From an uncultured Spirochaetota bacterium (lineage in GTDB: Bacteria > Spirochaetota > Spirochaetia > SZUA-6 > Fen-1364), in contig CAWJSK010000018.1 of assembly GCA_963845535.1 (NCBI GenBank), forward strand, positions 32,001 to 96,000: DNA of 64,000 nucleotides, in the 5' to 3' direction. This document shows, piece by piece, positions 38,861 to 48,522 of this stretch. The notes below the pieces were generated by a model that saw only the letters and a list, made by a program, of their open reading frames with translations, did not search any database and was not told the DNA's origin. The position numbers and the translations under genes are program-made. Each line of letters starts with the position of its first letter. Position 1 is the first letter of the stretch.

Positions 38861-40732
38861 TTACCTGTCCAGTATCTCACGCACCTTCGTGAGGAGATCC
38901 GTAGAGGTAAAGGGCTTCTGCAGGAAATCAATGCCTGCTTCAGGAGTCCCCGCGTATCCCGAAATATAGAGGACCCTTACTTTAGGGTGTATCTCCTTAA
39001 GCTTGCTTGCAAGCTCCTTGCCACTCATCCGCGGCATCACTACATCGGTAACCAGAAGTGCGACTCTCAGGTTGCGGGCGAGCACATCGATCAAGGCATC
39101 TTCCCCTCCCGACCCCTCGATCACGAGATACCCCGCCTCCTCCAACGGGATTCTTGCAACAGTTCGAACCGCCGATTCATCATCTACGAGGAGTATTGTT
39201 TCCGTCCCCCGCAGCGCAGTTGTACCCGATATTGTGATAGGTGGTCTGTCGGATTCCTTTCTGGTCAACGGGAGATAGACTGCGAATGTCGTTCCCCTGC
39301 CCACCTCGCTATGGCAATTGATGTAACCCTCGCTCTGCTTGACGATGCCGTATACTGTCGACAGTCCGAGACCGGTCCCCTTCCCTCTCTCTTTGGTAGT
39401 AAAGAACGGTTCATAGATATGCGAGAGGGTTTCCCGGTTCATTCCGACTCCGGTGTCGCTTATGGCGATACGAACATACTGCCCCACCTTCGCCCCAGGG
39501 TGATCGCGAACGTAGGCAATATCGAATGTGCGATTTGAAGTCTCAATAGTGAGCTTCCCGCCGCAGGGCATGGCATCTCGTGCGTTGACCGCCAGGTTCA
39601 TCAGAACCTGTTCCATTTGACCAGGATCTGCCAGAAAGTTACCCGTAGTGGAATCGATGATGGTTCGCAGCTCAACATCCTCCCCAATGACCCTTTCGAG
39701 CATCATCTGTGTAGAACGAATGAGGGATCTTGGATCGATTGCTCGGGGCCTCAAGATTTGTTTGCGACTGAACGAGAGAAGCTGCCCAGTGAGCTCCCCT
39801 GCTTTGCGTGCCGCTTTCATGATCTCTGCCAATAGCAATCGGTTCTCTTCAGTGAGTTTCTCCATGAGGATCTCGCCGTAGCCGGTAATTACTTGAATGA
39901 TGTTATTGAAATCGTGCGCGACCCCTCCTGTCAGTTGACCGATTGCCTCCATCTTTTGGGCCTGAGCAAACTGCTGCTCGAGTGCTTTTCTTTCAGTTAT
40001 GTCGGAAGAAAAGTACAGCACCGCGGGCTGTTCCTCCCACTCGATCCTCTGGCCGATGGTTTCCGCCCAGATGACTTTCCCTTGCTTGGTCACATAACGG
40101 AAGACGCTCTTCGCCGCGAGTTTGCCTTCCGCCCGAGAAGCGTAGAGCGACATCGCCTCTTCCATGTCTTCGTGGAAAAGAAGCGACCGCAAGGGCATTC
40201 CCTGCATCTCGTCGTACGAATAGCCGAACATTTCGGGAAGATGTGAGTTAAAGAATATCACCTTCCCCTTTTCCACAACGCTGATAGCCTCAGGCGCAAC
40301 CTCGATGAGGTTTCTGTACTTCATCTCAGAAAGGCGAAGAAGCTCAGTGGTACGCTGGATTTGGTCCCGGCTTTGGTCCTCCCTCCGCCTCATGTTGCTT
40401 ATAATGAGGACGAACGCCGCATAGCCGACACACTCAACGAGAAGCAGGAAAGCGACATAGGCGGTGCCGGAGTGGAACAATACTTGCTTACCGCTGCCTG
40501 CAAGAAACCAGATTACCGTGTTCGATAAAACGCCTGCCCCGGCCGTGACGAATCCGCGCTTCTTGCCCAAGAGCCACGTGATTGTATAGAGCGGGTACGC
40601 GAAAAGTAGCCCACCGAGCCCTATTGGGGAGACGAAATGCGCGACAAGTGGTGCACCGACAAGATAGCAGAGAAGCGAAACGGTTATGTTCCAGCGCTCA
40701 GATATCCGATCAATCATTCGGTCACTCCTCAT
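38861..40732 (-). CDS. Membrane PAS hybrid histidine kinase with receiver
   Basis: TM sensor, one PAS, QKMEAIGQLTGGVAHDFNN, HATPase, REC VTDVVMP; start uncertain. Confidence 0.93.
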   Translation of the reverse strand: MRSDRMIDRISERWNITVSLLCYLVGAPLVAHFVSPIGLGGLLFAYPLYTITWLLGKKRGFVTAGAGVLSNTVIWFLAGSGKQVLFHSGTAYVAFLLLVECVGYAAFVLIISNMRRREDQSRDQIQRTTELLRLSEMKYRNLIEVAPEAISVVEKGKVIFFNSHLPEMFGYSYDEMQGMPLRSLLFHEDMEEAMSLYASRAEGKLAAKSVFRYVTKQGKVIWAETIGQRIEWEEQPAVLYFSSDITERKALEQQFAQAQKMEAIGQLTGGVAHDFNNIIQVITGYGEILMEKLTEENRLLLAEIMKAARKAGELTGQLLSFSRKQILRPRAIDPRSLIRSTQMMLERVIGEDVELRTIIDSTTGNFLADPGQMEQVLMNLAVNARDAMPCGGKLTIETSNRTFDIAYVRDHPGAKVGQYVRIAISDTGVGMNRETLSHIYEPFFTTKERGKGTGLGLSTVYGIVKQSEGYINCHSEVGRGTTFAVYLPLTRKESDRPPITISGTTALRGTETILLVDDESAVRTVARIPLEEAGYLVIEGSGGEDALIDVLARNLRVALLVTDVVMPRMSGKELASKLKEIHPKVRVLYISGYAGTPEAGIDFLQKPFTSTDLLTKVREILDR

Positions 40733-40894
40733 GACGGCGGAACCCAACACTGAGTTGCAATTCTCTCAAGGGATGATTTCTATATCAGCGCCGAACTTTG
40801 CACTTCCAATCAAGGGCGCCGTAACAGCGACGGCCATCAGTACGAAAGCGACAAGACTCTACAATAGGGTCGCAGCATCTGCAATGAATCGACT

Positions 40895-42223
40895 CTATGG
40901 TACGGTTTCTTTTTTCCCGGCGATATCCTCAACGCCGGCAGCCTTCGTTTCATTGTGAATGCGTACGTCGGTGGTTCTGAGCCGTTCGGACAACGAGCCG
41001 ATGAGGTGGCGCGCTGCATCAGGATGCGATGCGAGATACTGCTCGAAAATGGAGGGCGGCAACTCGAGAACCGCTGACTCCTCTTCGGCCCGAGCCGTCG
41101 CAGTGCGGTCTTCCCCGAGGATGTATGCCATCTCGCCGAAGACCTCGCCCGGACCCATGGACGCGATGGAGCTCTCGAGGCCGGAGGACGGAATGTAGAT
41201 CCCGATTCTTCCGTAGTAGACGAAGTAGGCGCTTCTCTCCCGGTCCCCCGCCGAGAAAAGCACTTCCCCCTTTCGGAGAGTGCGGCCATAGGAGTGCAGG
41301 AGCCGAGCAGGCTCCATGAAAAGGGCGCGCTCGAGTCTCGGCACCTCGCCACCCGCGCGTTTGGTCCGGGCAAGTCTTTGGAAGCGGCCGAAAAGAAGGG
41401 CGTCGAACTGGTCCGCGACGTAGACGAGCTCGGCGAAATAGAAATACAGGCTGAAGAACGCGAAGACGTTGACGAGGAGAAGAATGAGATTTCCGAGCAC
41501 TCCGTACAGAAGCTCGTATCGCGCCGCGCTGATGAACAGTCTGAACACCTCTGTCACAACCAGAAGGAACACGAAACAGAGCGCCGCGGATCCCCACGCC
41601 GCCTTCGGATTCGGTCGCTTCGCCGGTATGGCCATGTAGCTCCAGCCGGTGAAGACGAAGAGCGCCACGGCCGGCGCCAGTCGTTCGATCTCCACGATTG
41701 CCCGCGCAGCGCCAACGCCGGCGACACCTCTGACCGCGCGCGCGGCAATACGTGCGCCTTCGCCGGCTGCTATCAGCGCGACCATCGCGATAAGAGTGAT
41801 CAGCTCGATGAGAAAGCTCATTGCGTTTTCCTGCACCAGGGTCTTCTTCCCGGTCGCAGCCCAGATGATGCGGATGCCGCGCTGCACGGTGACGGCGAAG
41901 AGTCTCGCCGCCCACGCCAGGCTCACCAGGCCGATTGCGGCTGCCAGAAAGCTCAGCCGGTGGCCGAAGTAGGCACCCGAAGTGACGGAGCTGCTGAGTG
42001 GTCCGAGAAATCGTGCGACCAACCGGTTGATCTCCGCGACGACCCTGGGATTGCCGCCAAGGAGCGTCGAGGTCAAGCTGAGGGCGAGGAGTATCGCCGG
42101 TGCCACGGAGAGCAGAAATCCATAGGCGCCGGCGGCAGCATGATTTGCAAGCTCGTGTTCCCGGTACCGCTCGGCGGCAAAGAGCATTCGTTGGATCATG
42201 GATTGGAGGCGGGGCGCTTTCAT
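40895..42223 (-). CDS. YihY/BrkB-family membrane protein fused to a cyclic-nucleotide-binding domain
   Basis: AAAGAYGFLLSVAP, YELLYG.LG..ILL; C-terminal GEVLF..GD, GEVFGEMA, RTATARA. Confidence 0.85.
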   Translation of the reverse strand: MKAPRLQSMIQRMLFAAERYREHELANHAAAGAYGFLLSVAPAILLALSLTSTLLGGNPRVVAEINRLVARFLGPLSSSVTSGAYFGHRLSFLAAAIGLVSLAWAARLFAVTVQRGIRIIWAATGKKTLVQENAMSFLIELITLIAMVALIAAGEGARIAARAVRGVAGVGAARAIVEIERLAPAVALFVFTGWSYMAIPAKRPNPKAAWGSAALCFVFLLVVTEVFRLFISAARYELLYGVLGNLILLLVNVFAFFSLYFYFAELVYVADQFDALLFGRFQRLARTKRAGGEVPRLERALFMEPARLLHSYGRTLRKGEVLFSAGDRERSAYFVYYGRIGIYIPSSGLESSIASMGPGEVFGEMAYILGEDRTATARAEEESAVLELPPSIFEQYLASHPDAARHLIGSLSERLRTTDVRIHNETKAAGVEDIAGKKETVP

Positions 42224-42363
42224 GGTTCCAGTGTGATCACGCGGCGGGCCGAAGGGCAAGCCAACCCGAACCGCTCCTGCTGCCCGAACAGGCGCCGGGC
42301 CGGACGCAAGAGCGAGTCTTATCGACCACTCCTGCGTCACGGCCCGGACTAAGAACGGATCAA

Positions 42364-42552
42364 CTATGCCAGCGTGTTGATCTTGTTTCCCATATGCCCG
42401 GGAAAGCTCCAGGAACCCGTGGCTTTCACGGGGCCCGCAACATCATCCCTGTCACCGTCGTTTTCCATTTCCCCTGGAACCTCCGGTGAGGCGACCTGCG
42501 ACGCGTGGCTCGCTGGAAGCCAGCTCGCATTACCCTGAATTGATGAGATCAT
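42364..42552 (-). CDS. Small 62-aa protein
   Basis: GGAGGT RBS; ENDGDRDD and C-terminal GHMGNKINTLA. Confidence 0.55.
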   Translation of the reverse strand: MISSIQGNASWLPASHASQVASPEVPGEMENDGDRDDVAGPVKATGSWSFPGHMGNKINTLA

Positions 42553-42656
42553 ACGTTACCTCCACTGAGAGTCTCGGTCGCGAACCTGAAGTTTTGCTGA
42601 AGTCGCGCGAACGAATCCCGGGAGGCCGCACATCACGTAACTCGGTTGTCATTCCG

Positions 42657-43259
42657 TTATTCCAAGTCCTTTGCAATCCTCTCCCAATCTACACATGGAC
42701 CCGGGCAATAGCAGCGGGCAACGGGGTCAATTTCGTAATGTCCGATCAATGAATGATGCAAAACGAAGGCAAGCGACAGACTATCCTTGATCCACTTCAG
42801 GAGCTTGAGATTCGCATCGTACATGGCCGATGTCCACTTTTCCCAATGCTGCCCTTCGTGCTCGATGGAGACGGTATACCAGTTGGGGTTAACGTTTGTG
42901 ATCAAGCCGTCCCAAGACGGATTTGCGGGGACCGATTGTTTATCAAACTGCGTGAGCCATACTCCGTTTGCGAAGGACAGACCATTCGCCCAGGCGGTGT
43001 CATCGATCGATACAAGCTGTGCAATTCTTCCGTCTTTTCCTACGACGAAATGTGCTGAGGCCTCTGATTTCGGGTCAGTAAGCCAGGATATAGCCCCTTG
43101 AAAAGTTGTCTCTGCTATGTGCAGGACGGCGGCCTTCGTCTTCTGATCCCGGCGGCCAGGCCAGAAGTTGCCTGATTCCTTTCTTTCCGCGAAAACGCAC
43201 CACCCGCTCGTTGAAGGCGTTCGAGTATTTTCGCGCGGCGAACCAACAACATTTCCCAT
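42657..43259 (-). CDS. N-acetylmuramoyl-L-alanine amidase (Amidase_2)
   Basis: SGNF..GR, VLHIAE, SAHFVV..DG.I.QLV, AWANG, SIEHEG, GHYEI..CPG. Confidence 0.9.
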   Translation of the reverse strand: MGNVVGSPRENTRTPSTSGWCVFAERKESGNFWPGRRDQKTKAAVLHIAETTFQGAISWLTDPKSEASAHFVVGKDGRIAQLVSIDDTAWANGLSFANGVWLTQFDKQSVPANPSWDGLITNVNPNWYTVSIEHEGQHWEKWTSAMYDANLKLLKWIKDSLSLAFVLHHSLIGHYEIDPVARCYCPGPCVDWERIAKDLE

Positions 43260-43284
43260 ACGCCCTCCGTTCAACCCAACTTTG

Positions 43285-44943
43285 TCAGCTGAAGAAAAGC
43301 CTCGCTTTTTCCTCGACCGAGCCGTCAGTGTAGTACGGCTTTGACCACGAGTCATCCTCCGTGAGGTAGGTCGATGCGAAAACCGGGCTTCCTGGCGCAG
43401 CAGTCCTCTTTCGATCATAGTCGCGGGCCTTGAAATGGTCGAAGAGTCGCATGAACTCGGTGAGATAGATGTCGGCGACGTCCTGGTTGCCCTGAATCAG
43501 CAGCATGTTTTCGTCATTGTGCGTAGTGGAATTGTCGCTGAAGTTCGCTGAACCGCTGACGACGAGCGGATTGTTGCTGAGAGCGTCTACCAGCAGGTAC
43601 TTCGTGTGCAGGTAGGGGACATTAGGGTTGAGTCCGGTCAGCCTTTCCGTCAACCATCTGCCGACTGGATCAGAATCCCTGAGGTATGCCCCTACTGCAA
43701 TTTGGTTGTACTTCGTCTTGCTGAAGACATCAAAGGTCTTTCCTGGCTTGTCCAGCATCACAAAGCGAAGGTAGCCGACCTGCTTGCTCAAGACTGAGGC
43801 GAGCAGGTCGTTCACGCCGAAAGCCGCGGTGAGGTAGACACTGGGTTTGTCCCGATTGATCTGCTGGGCCGCTGACATTTCCTGGGCGTACCACTGCAGG
43901 ACTTTCAGATCAGGTCGGGGACTGAATACAGCCCGGACGTCCGGGTTCGGAAGTTGCCCCACAGGATCAGGCGCCGCCTCACGGTTCGCTGCTGCAAGAA
44001 CCTTCGCTTGAGGATCGCCTGAGAGTCTGGTCCAGTACTCGATGTAGGACTGGGCTATCTGCGAGTCCCTCACGATGTGACCGACATTGGAATGGCCGAA
44101 GATCCCCCCTTCGGTGATGTTAGTGGAACCGGTCCAGACCTCCGTCGGCTCGCCGTCTTTCAGGAGCACGATAAATTTGTTGTGAGCGATATAGGAGGGA
44201 TTTGCTTTTCGAGGAATGACGAGGTCCTGGATTGCAGCTGCCGTGATGGCTTTCTGGCTCTCCGCCACAGGGTGGTCCTTGCCCGGCCGAGCATCGTAGA
44301 TGATTTTCACATCCGCCCCGCTCTTTGCGGCCGCGCCAAATGCCTTGAGCACTGGTAGATAGTTGAATTCGTAGACTGCAGCTCGTAAGCCCCACCCTTT
44401 CCCTTTCGCCTGGCCAATGAACGCCAGAAGAGCTTCTTCAAGGCCCCGAGAAAGCCACGCGAGTGCTTGGGGATCAGGGTCCTTGGCAAGGTCTACGTCA
44501 GGGAACTTTCGGGCAAACGCCTGGCTGCCGGCCACGCCGCGGTTGAAAAACACCGCGTGCTTCCCCTGGTCCTCGTTCTGCGTGGAAACCTCCACTGTGA
44601 CTGAGGGACCCGGTGAGAGGTTCTTGGGGGTTCCGTACAGGGGAACAACTTCGTAGGAATAGTCGTGTCGAGGCTTTGCCGTGTAGTCGCCCCAGTGGAA
44701 GTCCTGGATTGGTTGTTCTCTCGTGGTGACGAGCGACCCGGCCTCGGGATGTGGATCCGTGGACTTGAAGGTTTTGAAGCCTTTCAGCCAGTAGTCCTCG
44801 TTCTCGGTCTTGTCCTGGCGCCTGACGGCAAAGCCGAGAAGCCCTTTGGCGCCCTCCGGCGTCACGTTCATGCCAAGGAGCACGACATATGTGCCCGCAA
44901 TCGCCTGGACGCTGAGCCTTTCGTTCTTCTTTGTGACTCTCAT
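43285..44943 (-). CDS. Phospholipase D superfamily protein, two HKD motifs
   Basis: HNKFIVL..D..TGSTN and HTKYLLVD..SGSANFS..NDEN. Confidence 0.9.
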   Translation of the reverse strand: MRVTKKNERLSVQAIAGTYVVLLGMNVTPEGAKGLLGFAVRRQDKTENEDYWLKGFKTFKSTDPHPEAGSLVTTREQPIQDFHWGDYTAKPRHDYSYEVVPLYGTPKNLSPGPSVTVEVSTQNEDQGKHAVFFNRGVAGSQAFARKFPDVDLAKDPDPQALAWLSRGLEEALLAFIGQAKGKGWGLRAAVYEFNYLPVLKAFGAAAKSGADVKIIYDARPGKDHPVAESQKAITAAAIQDLVIPRKANPSYIAHNKFIVLLKDGEPTEVWTGSTNITEGGIFGHSNVGHIVRDSQIAQSYIEYWTRLSGDPQAKVLAAANREAAPDPVGQLPNPDVRAVFSPRPDLKVLQWYAQEMSAAQQINRDKPSVYLTAAFGVNDLLASVLSKQVGYLRFVMLDKPGKTFDVFSKTKYNQIAVGAYLRDSDPVGRWLTERLTGLNPNVPYLHTKYLLVDALSNNPLVVSGSANFSDNSTTHNDENMLLIQGNQDVADIYLTEFMRLFDHFKARDYDRKRTAAPGSPVFASTYLTEDDSWSKPYYTDGSVEEKARLFFS

Positions 44944-45026
44944 GAGAACCCCCTTCCAGTCGGGCATGGCACCGGGCAGGGATCAGGTCTCCGCAGCATC
45001 CTACGACGCCGATCCTTGCGTCGTCA

Positions 45027-45059
45027 AGAAAGGCGACAGAAAGGCGACAGAAAGGCGGC
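45027..45059. repeat. Three 11-bp direct repeats abutting the putative PLD promoter
   Basis: AGAAAGGCGAC x2 + AGAAAGGCGGC; minus-strand TTGACG-N18-TAGGAT at 45027-44998. Confidence 0.75.
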
Positions 45060-45163
45060 AGCGCCGTGTTGCGGCGCCCTCACGGCAACGAACCACGAAC
45101 CGCGCTTCTCTTGACCCAGGACCTTCACTCACCGTACGGTGACCGCGAGGCTATCAGGAAACG

Positions 45164-46399
45164 GTGAACGCAAAACTGTCGTCGTACATCAAGGGAATCC
45201 CTGTTGTCGATGTGCACGAGCATCACATGCCTCACATCCTGCTCAACAAGGACGTCGGACTCCTTCAACTGTTCCAGGAAAGCTATGCCGGATGGACGCA
45301 GGCTCGCACCGGGCCATCTGTGAAAACAGGCCCCGCCAGTTGGAGCGACATTGCTGCGTATGTCGAAGGAAGCGGAACAAACGCGTTCGTTGGCAACATG
45401 GTGAGCGCGCTGGTCGAGCTGTATGGATTGGGCGAAGAAGGCATCACGGAAAAGAATTGGGCGAAGCTGGACGCACGAATCCGGGAGAAGCACGCGGATC
45501 CTCGCTGGAGCCAGCACGTGCTCGACCGTGCGGGCATCTCGACGGCGATTTCCGATCCCTACGTGGACCCTCTCATGGATGTCAGGCAAACCCTGGGGGA
45601 ACGCTATCTCTCCGTGCTTCGCGTCAACGCGTTTGCAATAGGATGGAACGCAGAATCGAGGGACCACAACGGCAATAGCGCCGGGGAGTTGCTTGCCAGG
45701 CTCGGAACAAAGCCCGGGTCGTTCGATGACTACCTTCAGGCGCTGCCGCTTCTCCTCGATCAGCTTGCCGGTCTCCATAAGGTGGGGCTCAAGAACGCGC
45801 TGGCTTATGACAGGTCCGTCAATTTCGATGACGTGAACATGGAGATGGCTCGAAGCGCGTGGGGCAAGCGGGACCCTTCGCCCCTCGAGAAGAAGGCCTT
45901 CGGGGACGTTGTCGTGGACAGGCTCTGCCGTTTGGCAGGCGAAAGAGATATTCCCGTGCAGATGCACCTCGGCACGGCCCTCATCAGAGGCTCGCGCCCT
46001 CTTGAAGCGGCCGGACTCATCGAGCGAAACCCGCGGACCCGGTTTCTTCTCATGCACCTTGCGTTTCCATGGTGCGACGAGCTCCTCGGCATGGCTTTCA
46101 CGTACCGCAACATCTGGCTCGACCTGACCTGGTCATGGCTTCTCAGCCCCAGCCGATTTGGGAGTGCACTGGAGCAAGCCATCGACGTTCTTCCTGACGA
46201 ATCCCGCATGATGCTTGGCGGGGATACGTGGCACCCTGAGGAAGCGTACGGGGCAATTGCGCAGGCGCGGCGGCTCATCTGTGAGACGCTGGACTCATGC
46301 GTGCGCAAGGGCCGTTTCCGCTCCCGTGATGCCGAGCGGCTGTCTCGAAAGATCCTCTTCGAGAACGCGTCGAAGTTTTTTGCACTCGGTTTGCATTAG
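45164..46399 (+). CDS. Amidohydrolase-superfamily protein
   Basis: VDVHEH, K.ALAY.RS, VQMHLG, LMHLAFPW, GGD. Confidence 0.85.
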   Translation: MNAKLSSYIKGIPVVDVHEHHMPHILLNKDVGLLQLFQESYAGWTQARTGPSVKTGPASWSDIAAYVEGSGTNAFVGNMVSALVELYGLGEEGITEKNWAKLDARIREKHADPRWSQHVLDRAGISTAISDPYVDPLMDVRQTLGERYLSVLRVNAFAIGWNAESRDHNGNSAGELLARLGTKPGSFDDYLQALPLLLDQLAGLHKVGLKNALAYDRSVNFDDVNMEMARSAWGKRDPSPLEKKAFGDVVVDRLCRLAGERDIPVQMHLGTALIRGSRPLEAAGLIERNPRTRFLLMHLAFPWCDELLGMAFTYRNIWLDLTWSWLLSPSRFGSALEQAIDVLPDESRMMLGGDTWHPEEAYGAIAQARRLICETLDSCVRKGRFRSRDAERLSRKILFENASKFFALGLH

Positions 46400-46422
46400 G
46401 ACTGTAGAAAGGAGGTCCGATC

Positions 46423-47058
46423 ATGCCGAATGCCAGATCGGATAGAATACCCCTGCCGAAGCCCACCGCGGGTCGAGGCAAGACCGTCTTTGCGGCGTTG
46501 CAGAAGAGGCGGACAGACCGCTCCTTCGGTGACAGAAAACTCTCCCTGCAGATGCTGTCCAACCTGCTCTGGTCGGCATGTGGAACAAACCGCTCCAAAG
46601 GGCCGTTCGAGACTCCCGGAAGCACGGCTGCCTCAGCCAGCAACTCACGGGAGATCGATCTCTACGTCGCCCTGGAGGAGGGTGTCTATCGATACGAGCC
46701 TGTTCCTCACGCCTTGACTCTCGTTTCGGCTGAAGACCTGAGGGCTTTGGCCATCGGAAAGGGACAGGGAAAGGCAGGAGCGCAAGCCGCGGTCCGTCTC
46801 ATCTTCGTTGTAGATATCGATAAGTTCAGCAAGGCCGGCTTTCAGGAGCCGGGCTCGAATGATCCTGAGGTCCAGAAGTCTTACTATTTCGTGGACACCG
46901 GCATTATTGCGGCAAACATCTACCTGTTCGCAGCTTCCCAGGGCCTGGCGGCATGGTTTCATAACTGCGACAAGGCAGCTCTCTCGACGAAGTTGAAGCT
47001 GCGTGGCGACCAGCGAGTGCTTTTTGGCCAGACGGTGGGCTACCTTCAAAAAAGCTAG
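46423..47058 (+). CDS. Nitroreductase (SagB-like) protein
   Basis: AL..RRT.RSF, LS.LLWSA.G.NR, TAASASN, N.YLFAAS.GLA. Confidence 0.88.
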   Translation: MPNARSDRIPLPKPTAGRGKTVFAALQKRRTDRSFGDRKLSLQMLSNLLWSACGTNRSKGPFETPGSTAASASNSREIDLYVALEEGVYRYEPVPHALTLVSAEDLRALAIGKGQGKAGAQAAVRLIFVVDIDKFSKAGFQEPGSNDPEVQKSYYFVDTGIIAANIYLFAASQGLAAWFHNCDKAALSTKLKLRGDQRVLFGQTVGYLQKS

Positions 47059-47597
47059 CGCCGACGGTCTGTCAGGATCTTTGCAAATACTCTTTCGCCC
47101 GGTGCCACCACCATCTTTATCCACAGTCTTGCCGCGGTCGCAAGCCCTTTCGATCTGGCAACGTCACTGAAGCCCGTCCTGGCGAAGCCTCGTGATTGAA
47201 GCAGCCGAATTGCCGGCGTATTTTCAGCTCGAACACATGCAAAGACCTCGCGCGCCCCGTACGCCTGAAGGAGCTCGAGCGCATCATCGAGGAGAAAACC
47301 TCCGACGCCTTTTGCTCTCTGAGACGGGGTCACCGCGGCATAGTAGGCATATCCGGAGATTTCGCCGAGCATTGTGGACATCGCCAATCCCACAACGACG
47401 CTGCCCTGGGTCGCTTTCCTTACCCACCTGACGGACCGTAGAGTCCTGCGGGCGTGCCAAAGATAGATGCCCTTGAAGCTTTCCAAAAGGATAGGCGTAA
47501 GGCTCTCCCGAGCGTCAGCAGGCACTCCCTCGATATTCAGAGAGCCAGGCCCCGTTCTCCGCTGAGCCGTTGCGTTCTTATCCAGTGAGGCTTTCAC
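47055..47597 (-). CDS. GNAT acetyltransferase
   Basis: AVTPSQRAKGVG, ENTPAIRLLQSRGF; start uncertain. Confidence 0.78.
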   Translation of the reverse strand: MKASLDKNATAQRRTGPGSLNIEGVPADARESLTPILLESFKGIYLWHARRTLRSVRWVRKATQGSVVVGLAMSTMLGEISGYAYYAAVTPSQRAKGVGGFLLDDALELLQAYGAREVFACVRAENTPAIRLLQSRGFARTGFSDVARSKGLATAARLWIKMVVAPGERVFAKILTDRRR

Positions 47598-48417
47598 AGA
47601 TTCCCCAGAGTCGTTCTTCGTTCTCCCGGTTTCTGAACGAGCAGGGGATTTCTTTCCTGTTCTCGAATAACTTTCCCGTGATTCCCTCCGCTTCTGGACT
47701 GCCGGCCAGCCAGACGGCGGTATCAGCCCCGTCCGCAGGGGTTCGGCCGCCGCCCCGGCGCCGCAGTTGCTCCATCACTTCTGTCGGCGCGTGGCGGTAG
47801 AGGCCCGTGTCGACGATGAGCCCGGGTGCCATTGCAGTTGCCGTCACGCCGCTGCCGTCGAGCCTGCGCGCCAGCGCCCATGTCAGGAGCCTGTCGCACG
47901 CCTTGGACTGCGCGTACGCCTTCATGCTGTCGAACGGACGCCGCTGGAACTGCAGGTCATCCAGGTCCAGGTCACTTGCAAAGGTTGAGGCCACGTTCAC
48001 GATTCGGGCAGGAGCGCTCTCCCGCAACCGCGGAAGCAGGGATTGGATCATGAGGAAGTAGCCGATCACGTTCGTGCCAAAAGTCAGCTCGATCCCGTCA
48101 GGGCTCTTCGCCCACGGCTGGGACCCCCGGCTCACCCCGGCGTTGTTGACAAGCACGTCGATGCGCGAATGCCGCTCAAGGACCTGCCGCGCAAAAGCCT
48201 CGATGGATTTTCGACTGGCAAGGTCCACCGGGACCACGTCGACAGAGATGCCTTTGGAGGCTCCCGTGAGCTCTCCAGCTATGGTCTCGCCAGCGGCAGT
48301 GTCCCTGCAGCCCAGGATGAGGTTCGAGCCCAGTTTTGCCAGCCCTTTGGCAATCTCTTTCCCGATTCCCGAAGTCGGGCCGGTTATCACCGCGGTCTTG
48401 CCTTCCATGGGTCTCAT
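47578..48417 (-). CDS. SDR, retinol-dehydrogenase-like
   Basis: TGPTSGIG, NNAG, RIVNVAS, YAQSK, GADTAVWLA. Confidence 0.92.
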   Translation of the reverse strand: MRPMEGKTAVITGPTSGIGKEIAKGLAKLGSNLILGCRDTAAGETIAGELTGASKGISVDVVPVDLASRKSIEAFARQVLERHSRIDVLVNNAGVSRGSQPWAKSPDGIELTFGTNVIGYFLMIQSLLPRLRESAPARIVNVASTFASDLDLDDLQFQRRPFDSMKAYAQSKACDRLLTWALARRLDGSGVTATAMAPGLIVDTGLYRHAPTEVMEQLRRRGGGRTPADGADTAVWLAGSPEAEGITGKLFENRKEIPCSFRNRENEERLWGICESLTG

Positions 48418-48522
48418 CCGTCTCCGCCCTCCTCTCGTGTCATTGGACTATACCACGAAAGGACCGCAGGGTTCCTCCCGGCAGAGTATCACATCGAGGT
48501 GAAAGCTCTGGCGTATTCGGTC

